From a virus, in IMG/VR virus record IMGVR_UViG_3300027877_000005: 64,000 nt of DNA; one strand, 5' to 3'. The position numbers and the translations under genes were made by a program. Shown in pieces: positions 46,875-56,363 of this stretch. Below the pieces are notes generated by a model. The model was not told the origin of the DNA. It did not search any database and saw only the letters and a program-made list of their open reading frames with translations. Every line of letters begins with the position of its first letter. The first letter of the stretch is position 1.

Positions 46875-48429
46875 AAGAATAATTTCCTCCAACTACCCAT
46901 CTACTTTTAGCTAATGGTTTTTGTGCTTTGGAAAACAACATACCTACTACTAACATATAATAGGCAACCATAGCACAAAGCATAGCCGCAGTATTATGGT
47001 CTTCGCCTCTTTTACCTCCCTTTGGGGTCAATGTTTTATAAATAACTTCTCCGATTGGAGTTTTAGTATATGTCATTCTTTCAAGCTCTGTAACTAATTC
47101 TATATCTGTATGGGTATACACAATCTTATGAGAGTTAGTGTACTCTTGTAACAATGTCACACTATGAGGTTTCATTTTTGTTTTTATTTCCTCACCTTCT
47201 GAGTTCTCACCTAAACTAAGCCAAGAACCAAAGGCTACTGGGAATAATCTTTTCGTATAATTTTTATGAAGATATACTTCGTCTTCTAATAAATGTTGTA
47301 CCAATCCTTTTTCATTTCCTGTATCTATACCAATTACTTGAGGTCTATTGAATTTAGTATCTAGATAATCAATAATTTTTTCTTGCGTAGGATAAGCTAC
47401 TTTGTAAAAATTTATTCTTGCATGTTCTCTAATTATACCATTTTTCTCATAAAGTATAATGATTGAAGTGGGTTCCGTGTACCCCAAGTCTACTCCCATT
47501 ATAACTAAATCGTTAGCTGGTACTGGTGGAATAAGAGCCATTCTATTTATTATTTCACTATAAGAATAATCTATTCCAGAAAGACTTATCTTGTAGGTTG
47601 GATAAGTTTCTATTTCCATCAATCTTCTATCAAATACAGCAAATGTAGGAGAACCATGTCTTCCCAAAACCAAGTGAATATAATCTTCACTTTCATTCCC
47701 ACCGTATTGTTTTACATTTCTTTCTTCATCCTGTTCAGTATATCTAGGATTTTCATGAGCAGATGTTCTATGGTGAGAAAACTGGTCATTGACCTCATCT
47801 GCTAAATATAATACACAGTTTTCTCTAAGCCCTGTTGGTACTCCAGACACCCATAATTTATGGCTATCTTCCCACGAATTTAGAACAGGTTGGAGTTCTA
47901 ACCATGTTCCCCAAGGATAGTATCCAGCTTCATCTAGAATGATAATAGGTGTATGTTTACCTACAACATTAACACCTGTACCAGACTGTCCAGCGATAGC
48001 ACACACAAGTTGAGCAGTATTTAATAAAGTTATTGTATAAGTAGACGAATTGATACCACGTTTTGGTTCTATAAAATTCTTCAGAAATAAATTATTTCTT
48101 AAATACTTTATAAGATTATTAAATACTGGTTCAAGATGTGTCTTATTTGGTACTGTATACATTATGTATTCATTAGGGAAAAAATTATTAATCATTACCC
48201 ATAGAATATAATCAGTTAGAGATACTGTCTTCCCTACAGCACGACCACAGCAAAGAGATACATAGTTATTAAAATCTCCTAAGTATTCTTTCTGATAGGG
48301 CGTGTATTCAAAAACTTCTTGTTTATAAGTTAATGTTTCTATATTTCTATAGAACTCTCCGAACATAATTGGATGTCTAATGATTTCATATAGACACCAT
48401 TCTTCAGGAGTTATCTTCTCTTGTAACAT
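46867..48429 (-). CDS. terL: Terminase large subunit
   Basis: Walker A CGRAVGKT, Walker B IILDEA, nuclease MGVDLG and IGIDTG; GGAG RBS before ATG 48429. Confidence 0.9.
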   Translation of the reverse strand: MLQEKITPEEWCLYEIIRHPIMFGEFYRNIETLTYKQEVFEYTPYQKEYLGDFNNYVSLCCGRAVGKTVSLTDYILWVMINNFFPNEYIMYTVPNKTHLEPVFNNLIKYLRNNLFLKNFIEPKRGINSSTYTITLLNTAQLVCAIAGQSGTGVNVVGKHTPIIILDEAGYYPWGTWLELQPVLNSWEDSHKLWVSGVPTGLRENCVLYLADEVNDQFSHHRTSAHENPRYTEQDEERNVKQYGGNESEDYIHLVLGRHGSPTFAVFDRRLMEIETYPTYKISLSGIDYSYSEIINRMALIPPVPANDLVIMGVDLGYTEPTSIIILYEKNGIIREHARINFYKVAYPTQEKIIDYLDTKFNRPQVIGIDTGNEKGLVQHLLEDEVYLHKNYTKRLFPVAFGSWLSLGENSEGEEIKTKMKPHSVTLLQEYTNSHKIVYTHTDIELVTELERMTYTKTPIGEVIYKTLTPKGGKRGEDHNTAAMLCAMVAYYMLVVGMLFSKAQKPLAKSRWVVGGNYSYG

Positions 48430-49090
48430 CAAATGTTGCTCCATTGTAAGGCACAGTGAATTTTTCGTTAGGAGGTAAATCTCCCCACTTAGCAAGATAT
48501 CTTGCCTGTGCTAATCTAAATTTATGATGATGTAAATTTAATTCAAACGGTGTATACTTTTTCATTGTTCCACTATTCTCATGCATTACTTTACATCCTG
48601 CTATATCTTTTATATCATATCCTTTCAATCTCATTCTCCAATGGTAATCATTATCTTCAAAATAAGCATAGTGTGGAGATAGTGTTTCATCAAAATATCC
48701 TACATCATTGATTATTTTTCTAGGAAAACTCATACAGGCAAAGGATGTTGCTCCCTCTGCTGGATAGATTGAAAAGTTTTCATCATACCCTTCCATAAGT
48801 TTTTCAATAGAATCTGGATAGAATTCTATATCATCATTACTTATCAATATATGGTCTTTTACATTATGTAAAAACCAATTCCAACTCATGGCTACCCCCA
48901 AATTATACTTAGCTTTTATTAATGTAATTTTTGACTCAAGTTTTTGTGGTAGCATTTCCATAAATAATTTTGTTCCATTATCAATTATATAATAATTGAT
49001 AGGCTTTAGTGTCCCAGCTTCTGCTGATTCCAGACACTTTACTAATAAATCATACCTGTTTAATGTTGGTATACATAAATTTACTTCCAT
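48404..49090 (-). CDS. Glycosyltransferase family 2 (GT-A)
   Basis: CIPTLNR, IDNG, SNDD (DxD-like), YFEDNDY. Confidence 0.88.
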   Translation of the reverse strand: MEVNLCIPTLNRYDLLVKCLESAEAGTLKPINYYIIDNGTKLFMEMLPQKLESKITLIKAKYNLGVAMSWNWFLHNVKDHILISNDDIEFYPDSIEKLMEGYDENFSIYPAEGATSFACMSFPRKIINDVGYFDETLSPHYAYFEDNDYHWRMRLKGYDIKDIAGCKVMHENSGTMKKYTPFELNLHHHKFRLAQARYLAKWGDLPPNEKFTVPYNGATFDVTREDNS

Positions 49091-49100
49091 ATCACCCTTC

Positions 49101-49838
49101 CTACAATCCTAATATTTTTATTAAATCATTTACTGTTGGGTTTACAGGATAAAAATTAGTATCACTGTAAATCACATGTCTCATATCCCAATGAATCCCA
49201 TCATGTGGGGCAATCTTAGGAATATCAAATCCATTCGCTAGTGCTAATTGAGATGACATTAATCCTACAAATCCTTTAGATTTTGATATCCATGTTGTTG
49301 TTTCTAATAAATCCATTCCTGTTATATCTACACCATATCCTATATCATCATTATCTGCTCCAACAACATAACAAGTAATTGGACAATTAATTATAAAATC
49401 ACAGAATAATTTTTTGAATGATGTTTCTCCTCTTGGTGCTACAATAATATAAGGTTCACTATCAGTTTCAAAATCTGGATATTCGTATTCTACTTTTGCT
49501 GGAGTAGGCAAACCTGTAGATTCCATAATAAAATCTGGTATAGCTTTGTCTGGAACTGTTCTAAATCCCATATGATATGTCATATCATATAAACCTATAT
49601 CTACTGGAACTCTCCAAGGCTGTACTCCCATGTCCATTCTTTCTATTTGATAATTATCTGGCATATAGAATCCATATATATAACTCTGATATCCAAATAA
49701 TCTTTCTAAGGGTTTACAATATTTACTGGTATAAAAATCTGCTAATGCTTCACGCATTTGACAAACCTTTTTAATGGCTGGTAAAGCGTAAATGGCATCT
49801 CCTAATCTTCCTGGATGCGTACATGCTATTTTATTCAT
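49101..49838 (-). CDS. GT9-like glycosyltransferase
   Basis: HPGRLGDAIYALPAI and SKSKGFVGLMSSQLALA match heptosyltransferase-type motifs. Confidence 0.7.
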   Translation of the reverse strand: MNKIACTHPGRLGDAIYALPAIKKVCQMREALADFYTSKYCKPLERLFGYQSYIYGFYMPDNYQIERMDMGVQPWRVPVDIGLYDMTYHMGFRTVPDKAIPDFIMESTGLPTPAKVEYEYPDFETDSEPYIIVAPRGETSFKKLFCDFIINCPITCYVVGADNDDIGYGVDITGMDLLETTTWISKSKGFVGLMSSQLALANGFDIPKIAPHDGIHWDMRHVIYSDTNFYPVNPTVNDLIKILGL

Positions 49839-49847
49839 AACCTCTCC

Positions 49848-51131
49848 TTACATTCCATATAATAAATTTTTTGCAACTTCCCATCTATAATTCTGTATCC
49901 TTTCCTCTTGGTCTTTTGACAATGGTGTATCTAAAAGAATTTTTACTAATTCAATAGGCCATTGATACTTTACTGCAAAGAACCACCATTTGTGTAATCT
50001 ATTTATCTTATCAGCATCTGGAATATTCAATGGAGTATGCTCATAAAATGCCTGTGCTTGTGTATCTTCTGTTATCAATCCTTTATCTAAACAATACTTC
50101 CACAAATCTGTTCTAGGGAATGGTTGAAATATAGAAGCCCACGAATCTGTGGGGTTTAATTTCATATTCATTTCCAAGGTTTTCAAAGCATCTTCCAATG
50201 GATTTTCTACAGGCAACCCAATCATATTCTGTAATCTAACTTTTATTCCACGCTCTTCACAAGTCTTAGTTGCATCACTTATTTGTGAATTTGTAATAAA
50301 CCCACGTCTTAATAATTTTTGTGTTTCTGGTACCGCAGATTCTAATGCTATATTAAGAAATACACAGCCACTATTAGCCAACATATCTATTTTATAACCA
50401 TCAATACTATTTGCTCTAACAGAACCACAATATTGTAGCTTAGTTTGTTTTATTAGTTTACAAAATTCTTCTAGCCATTCATAACTAGCTGCTAAATCAT
50501 CATCATTGAAATAAACTAATTCTAGTCCATAGTCTTTCTTTACTTCTAGAATTTCTTCTATCATCAATTCAGGAGATACTCTTTGGAAGAAATCTTTTTT
50601 CTGGTCTTGGTATAATTTCTTGAATAAGTGATTAAAACAATATGTACAACTATAAAGACAATATCTTCCTGCTATAAATCTTTTCATTCTAGCCTTGCCA
50701 AACTCATCATACTTATATTGAATTTGTCTATAAGGATGAGCCAAAGAATTTACATCTGGAAGGTTCCCTCTGATTAATTTCTTTCCTTGATAAACTCCAT
50801 TTACTATATCAAGAATTACACTCTCTCCTGGGCCTATCACAACATAATCTATGTTACTATTCTTCAATCCAGATTCTGGAAAGAAGGTAAAGTGAGGCCC
50901 ACCCACTACCGAAACAAAATCTCTTTTGCTTTTTAATTCTGCTAATTTATTAAAAAACCATTCATGTTCTCCTGACATAACAGAGCACATGATGTAGTCT
51001 GCTTTTGGTATTACATCTCTATGTGCTTGTACTAAGTCTACATCATGTCCAGCATCTTTCAATATTCTGGCTAAGTACATGATACCTAATTTATCTGTTC
51101 TTAATCTATTCTCCAGAAATACTACTTTCAT
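49848..51131 (-). CDS. Cobalamin-binding radical SAM enzyme (class B methyltransferase-like)
   Basis: B12 domain VVGGPHFT...GPGE; CLYSCTYC (CxxxCxxC); DDD; NMIGLP; start MKVVFLE. Confidence 0.88.
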   Translation of the reverse strand: MKVVFLENRLRTDKLGIMYLARILKDAGHDVDLVQAHRDVIPKADYIMCSVMSGEHEWFFNKLAELKSKRDFVSVVGGPHFTFFPESGLKNSNIDYVVIGPGESVILDIVNGVYQGKKLIRGNLPDVNSLAHPYRQIQYKYDEFGKARMKRFIAGRYCLYSCTYCFNHLFKKLYQDQKKDFFQRVSPELMIEEILEVKKDYGLELVYFNDDDLAASYEWLEEFCKLIKQTKLQYCGSVRANSIDGYKIDMLANSGCVFLNIALESAVPETQKLLRRGFITNSQISDATKTCEERGIKVRLQNMIGLPVENPLEDALKTLEMNMKLNPTDSWASIFQPFPRTDLWKYCLDKGLITEDTQAQAFYEHTPLNIPDADKINRLHKWWFFAVKYQWPIELVKILLDTPLSKDQEERIQNYRWEVAKNLLYGM

Positions 51132-51795
51132 CTGTACCCTTCCTTTCCAACAAGATATTAAAATACGTGTTCCCATCAGGCCCATATATAACTATTTCAT
51201 AGTTTGGTAGATATTCTTTTATAAATTCTAAAACATAACTATCATAATAATTATGAAAGGCTATTAATAAAAATCTAGCTTCTTTTAGTATAGTAGAATT
51301 TTTAATAACGTTGTATTCAGACCCTTCTATATCAATTTTTATTAAGTCTGCTGGAGAGTTTATTACATTTTCTAACTCTTCCAATTTAAATATCTTGTTC
51401 TCATATTTTTCAAATCTAAATCCTTGTGCAGTATAGTGGGTTATTGGTTCAATAGTATACCCCAATGGATTTTTATCCCCAGTTCCAAATACTTCTGATT
51501 CTTTTAGACCATAGTAGATTCCCCAATTTAAAGGTACTATTTTGTATAAATAATCTTCTAGATTCTTTAGTAACATATCAAAATTTTCTGAATCTGGTTC
51601 AAAGCAGTAAATCTTTTCAATGGTTGGAACTTGTAGTAACCACATAGAACTTAGTCCGCTAGATGCCCCAATATCAACCACAGTTTTTATTTCACTTTTT
51701 TTTAATAACTCTATTATCCCTTGCCAAAATGGGTTATACATGAAATCATCATAAACCATTCTATCTATAACTCTATTAACTTTCAAATCTATCAT
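51106..51795 (-). CDS. FkbM-family methyltransferase
   Basis: VDIGASSG, FEPD, KIDIEGSE. Confidence 0.9.
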   Translation of the reverse strand: MIDLKVNRVIDRMVYDDFMYNPFWQGIIELLKKSEIKTVVDIGASSGLSSMWLLQVPTIEKIYCFEPDSENFDMLLKNLEDYLYKIVPLNWGIYYGLKESEVFGTGDKNPLGYTIEPITHYTAQGFRFEKYENKIFKLEELENVINSPADLIKIDIEGSEYNVIKNSTILKEARFLLIAFHNYYDSYVLEFIKEYLPNYEIVIYGPDGNTYFNILLERKGTDESSISGE

Positions 51796-52702
51796 ATAAT
51801 TTCCTGTATTCTATTAATGCGTTATTAGTTTTTTCTGGTAGATATTTTACATATTGTTTAATATTTTGAAGCAAGGTATCTGTTGTCACATATCCAAAAA
51901 CTTCATCTTCTAAATTCTTTTTTATAGACTGTTCATTTCTTTTTTGGTAAACTGTAGGGGGCATGAATAATGGTCTAGTGTCCAAAAGATATTGAGCAAT
52001 ATAACCACCCCAAATATCATCTGACCTCCCAACAAAGGGAAGAACCATGTAATAAGGTAAAGCTTCTCTAGCAATAAAAGTATTCTGGCTGTTGAATGGA
52101 ATAAAATTATTAGATGTAAATGGAACATCTACTTTTAATTCTAAATCCCTTGGCATATGTATCAATCTACAAATAGCATCAACATCAGGGTCTCCATCCC
52201 ACAAATCAGCTTGAAATAAAATTTTTCTCTTTTGTATTCCCCTGTGTACTATTGGTCTAATCTTTGTTAGATATGAAATAGGAAATCCACGGTGCCATAA
52301 TTCACTATGATTAGTTACCTGTAATGGTTCAAAGACATTAATATCTAGACTATCAAAAACATGTACATCTATTTCTTGCCCTACTCTTACATCTTTTCCC
52401 CAATTTTCATAAGGAATATTATCATCATCTATGCTGGCAACAACATCTGCCCCAAGCTCATAGGCATGTATAAAGCCTATATTTCTTCTCATGATACAAT
52501 TCCATCCTATTGCATCACTCAATCTTGGATATAAATCTTCTTGTATATCTGGATGTAAATATGTAGCATTTATGTCTTTATAAGAATTATGTGGAGTTTT
52601 TATATCTCCAACTATAATCATATCCCAACCTTCCATGTGTGAATATTTTAATGTAGCTTCTGTTGGTTCTTGTATCGTTGTTGTTACAATAAATTTTTTC
52701 AT
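51776..52702 (-). CDS. STELLO/DUF288-like putative glycosyltransferase
   Basis: IVTTTIQ, VGDIKTP, RRNIGF, IDDDN, HRGFP, DGDPDVDAI, PFNSQNT, RSDDIWGGY. Confidence 0.8.
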   Translation of the reverse strand: MKKFIVTTTIQEPTEATLKYSHMEGWDMIIVGDIKTPHNSYKDINATYLHPDIQEDLYPRLSDAIGWNCIMRRNIGFIHAYELGADVVASIDDDNIPYENWGKDVRVGQEIDVHVFDSLDINVFEPLQVTNHSELWHRGFPISYLTKIRPIVHRGIQKRKILFQADLWDGDPDVDAICRLIHMPRDLELKVDVPFTSNNFIPFNSQNTFIAREALPYYMVLPFVGRSDDIWGGYIAQYLLDTRPLFMPPTVYQKRNEQSIKKNLEDEVFGYVTTDTLLQNIKQYVKYLPEKTNNALIEYRKLYDRFES

Positions 52703-53544
52703 AGTTCATGTATCTCCAATCCCGCATCAATATGTCCCCAAGTCTCTGGATTTGTAGTTTCTTTCATTGTAAAAGCTTCGTCAATATTATTTATTTTCCC
52801 GCTACCCCCAAATCCTGCATCATGTCCAATATGCCAAATGGGTAGACTCCAATCAACCGCTATGTTATATCCTACTAAAGTTGCTTTCATTTGAACATTA
52901 CTGTCCATGTATGCCCTTCCAGTAAATCTTTCCTCAAATCCACGCATGGCATACCAAATATCTTTATGTGCAATTTGAAAATCTCCACAATTACTTACCA
53001 AAGAAAATCTATCATTCCAATGTACACTTGTAGGAGGTTGTTGAGAATATCTGGACTCAAGCTGTTCTAATGCTGTTATATAAATATCTGGTCTTGTTCT
53101 GTCTCCCAAAGGTCTTAAATCATATAAAGAAATTGACCTCATACCTGTGGTAAAAAATGTACTAGTATTTATTACTCTTTCAAGATGTTTTCTTTGTGGA
53201 GGAATAATATCTATATTTGCTGAGATTAAAAAATCAGTACTAAGTCTTCGTAATCCTACATTTCTTGCTTGAGTTTCACATACTGCTTGTGCTTGTGGGT
53301 CATTCCATGTCCATTCCCTAGCTTGTTCTTGTGTTACCCTTACCCAACGTATTTTTTCTTTATGTACTAAATCATCTTTTATTTCTTCAATCATAGTTGG
53401 CTTGTCATTATCTGTATTCCAATCTACATATACAATTTCATCCAATACTTCAGCCATTGAATTAAGACAATAGGTAGCTCTTTCTAATAATAAATTTCCA
53501 TAATTATCATTTCTACTAATTATAGATGCTCCATACGTTGTCAT
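52699..53544 (-). CDS. Putative GT-A fold glycosyltransferase
   Basis: SRNDNYG, YVDWN, RNVGLRR, ANIDII, GDFQ, GRAYMDSN. Confidence 0.7.
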   Translation of the reverse strand: MTTYGASIISRNDNYGNLLLERATYCLNSMAEVLDEIVYVDWNTDNDKPTMIEEIKDDLVHKEKIRWVRVTQEQAREWTWNDPQAQAVCETQARNVGLRRLSTDFLISANIDIIPPQRKHLERVINTSTFFTTGMRSISLYDLRPLGDRTRPDIYITALEQLESRYSQQPPTSVHWNDRFSLVSNCGDFQIAHKDIWYAMRGFEERFTGRAYMDSNVQMKATLVGYNIAVDWSLPIWHIGHDAGFGGSGKINNIDEAFTMKETTNPETWGHIDAGLEIHEL

Positions 53545-54527
53545 ACACACTTCTCCGTTAAGTCATAACGCACCTGTTGTTCTATCCAATCATAAGTTCT
53601 TTCTAATCCTGACTCTAATGGAATGACAGGTTCCCAATGTAAAATTTCTTTTACTTTAGTATTATCTGAATTTCTTCCTCTAACTCCCTGAGGCCCGTCA
53701 AGATTATAAACCTTATTTATATCTATTTTTGCTTTAGTAGCAATTATATCTGCTAATTCATCAATTGTTATCATCCTATCACTGCCTATATTCAAAGGTT
53801 CGTGATAATCACTTAACATTAATTTATGAATTCCTCTAACAATATCATCTATATAACAAAATGAACGTGTTTGTTTCCCATCCCCCCAAATTTCAATATC
53901 TGATTCTTGCATAAATTTTGCTGTAGCTATCTTTCTACATAAAGCAGCAGGAGCTTTTTCTCTACCACCTGTCCATGTTCCTTGAGGCCCATATACATTG
54001 TGGAATCTAGCTATGTATGTCTGAGTTGCTGTTTCTCTACCAATGTATTGACAAAACTTTTCCATTGTCAATTTCTCCCAACCATAAGCATCTTGGGGTT
54101 GAGCAGGATAAGCATCAGATTCTTTTAGTGGTACAACATCTGGTTTATCTTGTAAAAATTCTGGATATACACATGCTGAAGAAGAAAAGAAATATTTCTT
54201 TACTCCATTATCTACTGCACTTTGTAGTGTATTTAGATTTATTAAAAGATTGTTATGCAAAATTAGAGAATGATTTCTGGAAATAAATCCCATCCCGCCC
54301 ATGTCTGCTGCTAATCCAAAAACCCAATCTATATTTTCTGTTGCCCATTGTGCATTGTGTATGTCAAGCAAAGATACTTTGTGAAATTCATTTGCAGAAG
54401 TTCTTTCATATTTTGGATACTTAGTATCTACTCCACGAACCCAATAGCCCAATTGAGTTAAATAATTTGTAAGGTGGTATCCAATAAATCCACCCGCACC
54501 TGTTACTAATACTCTTTCTGTTCTCAT
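53541..54527 (-). CDS. NAD-dependent epimerase, GDP-mannose 3,5-epimerase-like
   Basis: GAGGFIG, LAADMGGMGFI, SSACVYP, YGWEK (YxxxK), GREKAPAALCRK, GVRGRNSDN. Confidence 0.9.
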   Translation of the reverse strand: MRTERVLVTGAGGFIGYHLTNYLTQLGYWVRGVDTKYPKYERTSANEFHKVSLLDIHNAQWATENIDWVFGLAADMGGMGFISRNHSLILHNNLLINLNTLQSAVDNGVKKYFFSSSACVYPEFLQDKPDVVPLKESDAYPAQPQDAYGWEKLTMEKFCQYIGRETATQTYIARFHNVYGPQGTWTGGREKAPAALCRKIATAKFMQESDIEIWGDGKQTRSFCYIDDIVRGIHKLMLSDYHEPLNIGSDRMITIDELADIIATKAKIDINKVYNLDGPQGVRGRNSDNTKVKEILHWEPVIPLESGLERTYDWIEQQVRYDLTEKCV

Positions 54528-54784
54528 TTTTTCCCTTCCTTATCAAAATAAGTGTAATAAGTTTTTGATACAGTTGAAATGTCTTCATCTCCTAGTAATG
54601 AATCAATTGCTTTGATTAGAGCAGACCGTCTAGCATTCATGATTTGTGCTCTTTCTGCTGCTTCTAATCTTTTTTCATTTGATAAATCTTTATTCATAAT
54701 ATCTTCTTGAGCAAACCAACACCGCACAGAAGTTGTAATTAATTCATCAATTATTATCCCAATACTCTTTCTAGATATGTCCAT
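54524..54784 (-). CDS. Small helical protein (DUF4254-like, tentative)
   Basis: SIG..IDEL...W..QE...N.RR..LI..ID pattern seen in glycan loci. Confidence 0.5.
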   Translation of the reverse strand: MDISRKSIGIIIDELITTSVRCWFAQEDIMNKDLSNEKRLEAAERAQIMNARRSALIKAIDSLLGDEDISTVSKTYYTYFDKEGKK

Positions 54785-56019
54785 TTTACTACCTCCTGTC
54801 CTTCATCACCTTCCATGTAGTAAATAACAGGCTCTGGTAATGGTACAATAAATGCTCCCCCATACTTCAAGAACTTAATATTTCTAGCTATAAAATCATC
54901 TATGAAATGCCAAGGTAATACAAATAGCATATCTGGATGTTCTTTAAATACTTCATCTTCCGAAGCTATAGGAATATTAGAAGAGATAGTATACTTTCCA
55001 AACTTATCTGGATTTACATCTGCAATAATTGGAATCAACTTTTTAGTTATCCCAAAGTATTGAAGTAAAGTATTTCCTTTTGTTGATGCACCCATTCCAT
55101 AAATTCTTATGCCGGCAAATTCTGCTCTAGTTAGAAAATCTAACACAGTTCTTTTTACTTTATTTATTCTTTCCGAAAATGATTTCATTGGGTCATCAAA
55201 ACTATCTAGATATGCCCTTTCATCAGCTAAAGAATTTAAAACGCTATCTTGGGTACAGAAGTAATCATTTTTGCAAGCAAATACTCTTATACTTCCACCA
55301 TTTACTTTGTTATAAGAAACCTTAAAAACTTTCAATCCATGTTTATCTAGTAGATTTACGATGTCAGTTAGTTTATAATATTCTAAGTGTTCGTGACAAA
55401 TATTATCAAAAGCATTTATTCTCAGCATTGAAATCAAATCTGTAAATTGAATTACAAATATGCCATCATCTGCTAAAACATTAGCTATATCTTCTACAAA
55501 TTTATTTGGGTCTGGTAAATCGTAGAACATGGCAATAGCAGTAACTACCCTTGCTTTATTCCAATAATAAGAATCTTTACTAAAATAATCATTAACAAAG
55601 AAACTACAGTTTTTAGTAGCCTTCTCTGCCAAGTTTAGTGCTGGGTCATATCCCAATTTGAATGTAATTTTATTCTTGTATAGTGTAAACATAACACCAT
55701 CATTACATCCAATATCTAATAATAAATCTTCATCATTAATCTTTATAGTATTCTCAATTTCAGTTACAATATCCTGCAAAGATTTAACCATTGATGGATT
55801 GATAGCTGATTGATAGAAATAAGTTCTATACATTTCATCTAAATTAACTGTGTGTTTAAGCTGAACAAGACCACAAGATTTGCATTCCATTAATACTAAC
55901 GGAACTGCTTCTCCTTCAGTCTTGTTCACAAAGTTAGATGGATATATACTTCCTAAATTAAGAACCTCTCTCATACTTTCCCCACAAATCCTACATACAT
56001 ACTGTTCCTTGTGTGCCAT
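54754..56019 (-). CDS. NDP-hexose C-methyltransferase (TylCIII/EryBIII/NovU family)
   Basis: CRICG...CKSCGLVQL Zn site, DIGCNDG, CHEHLEYY, NGGSIRV, GASTKGNTLL, LPWHF. Confidence 0.9.
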   Translation of the reverse strand: MAHKEQYVCRICGESMREVLNLGSIYPSNFVNKTEGEAVPLVLMECKSCGLVQLKHTVNLDEMYRTYFYQSAINPSMVKSLQDIVTEIENTIKINDEDLLLDIGCNDGVMFTLYKNKITFKLGYDPALNLAEKATKNCSFFVNDYFSKDSYYWNKARVVTAIAMFYDLPDPNKFVEDIANVLADDGIFVIQFTDLISMLRINAFDNICHEHLEYYKLTDIVNLLDKHGLKVFKVSYNKVNGGSIRVFACKNDYFCTQDSVLNSLADERAYLDSFDDPMKSFSERINKVKRTVLDFLTRAEFAGIRIYGMGASTKGNTLLQYFGITKKLIPIIADVNPDKFGKYTISSNIPIASEDEVFKEHPDMLFVLPWHFIDDFIARNIKFLKYGGAFIVPLPEPVIYYMEGDEGQEVVKWTYLERVLG

Positions 56020-56033
56020 ATTTCACCTCTCCG

Positions 56034-56363
56034 TTATTGTTCTTTTGGTGTAGTTACTGTAAATCCAAACTCCGCTGAGTGGAATCTTTGTGTTTCATTT
56101 TCTAATAATACTTGGACTAAATAATACCCCGCTGATGATAAAAGTCCAGATGGTAAAGAAGCTTGTAAATAAGATTCACCTGATGCAACCATCACTGCAT
56201 TTATATTAACTACTATTCCATCTGGTTTCTTAATGATAAATTGTTTAGTTGTGTAAGGACTCAAATCTGCGGGAGATGTTTGACCTGTCAATTCATCATA
56301 TTCTTTTACTAAAACTTCTAGGGTATGTCCATAATCTGTTTTGAATATTATGGTATGACTCAT
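56034..56363 (-). CDS. BppU N-terminal-like adaptor domain protein
   Basis: DLS...IKKPDG...AGYYLVQV...F.V pattern. Confidence 0.55.
   Translation of the reverse strand: MSHTIIFKTDYGHTLEVLVKEYDELTGQTSPADLSPYTTKQFIIKKPDGIVVNINAVMVASGESYLQASLPSGLLSSAGYYLVQVLLENETQRFHSAEFGFTVTTPKEQ

Noticed and set aside
46867-48429. Intein or intron in the terminase
   Set aside because: Length (~520 aa) and motif spacing are normal, with no Cys/His-Asn splice junction or homing endonuclease motif
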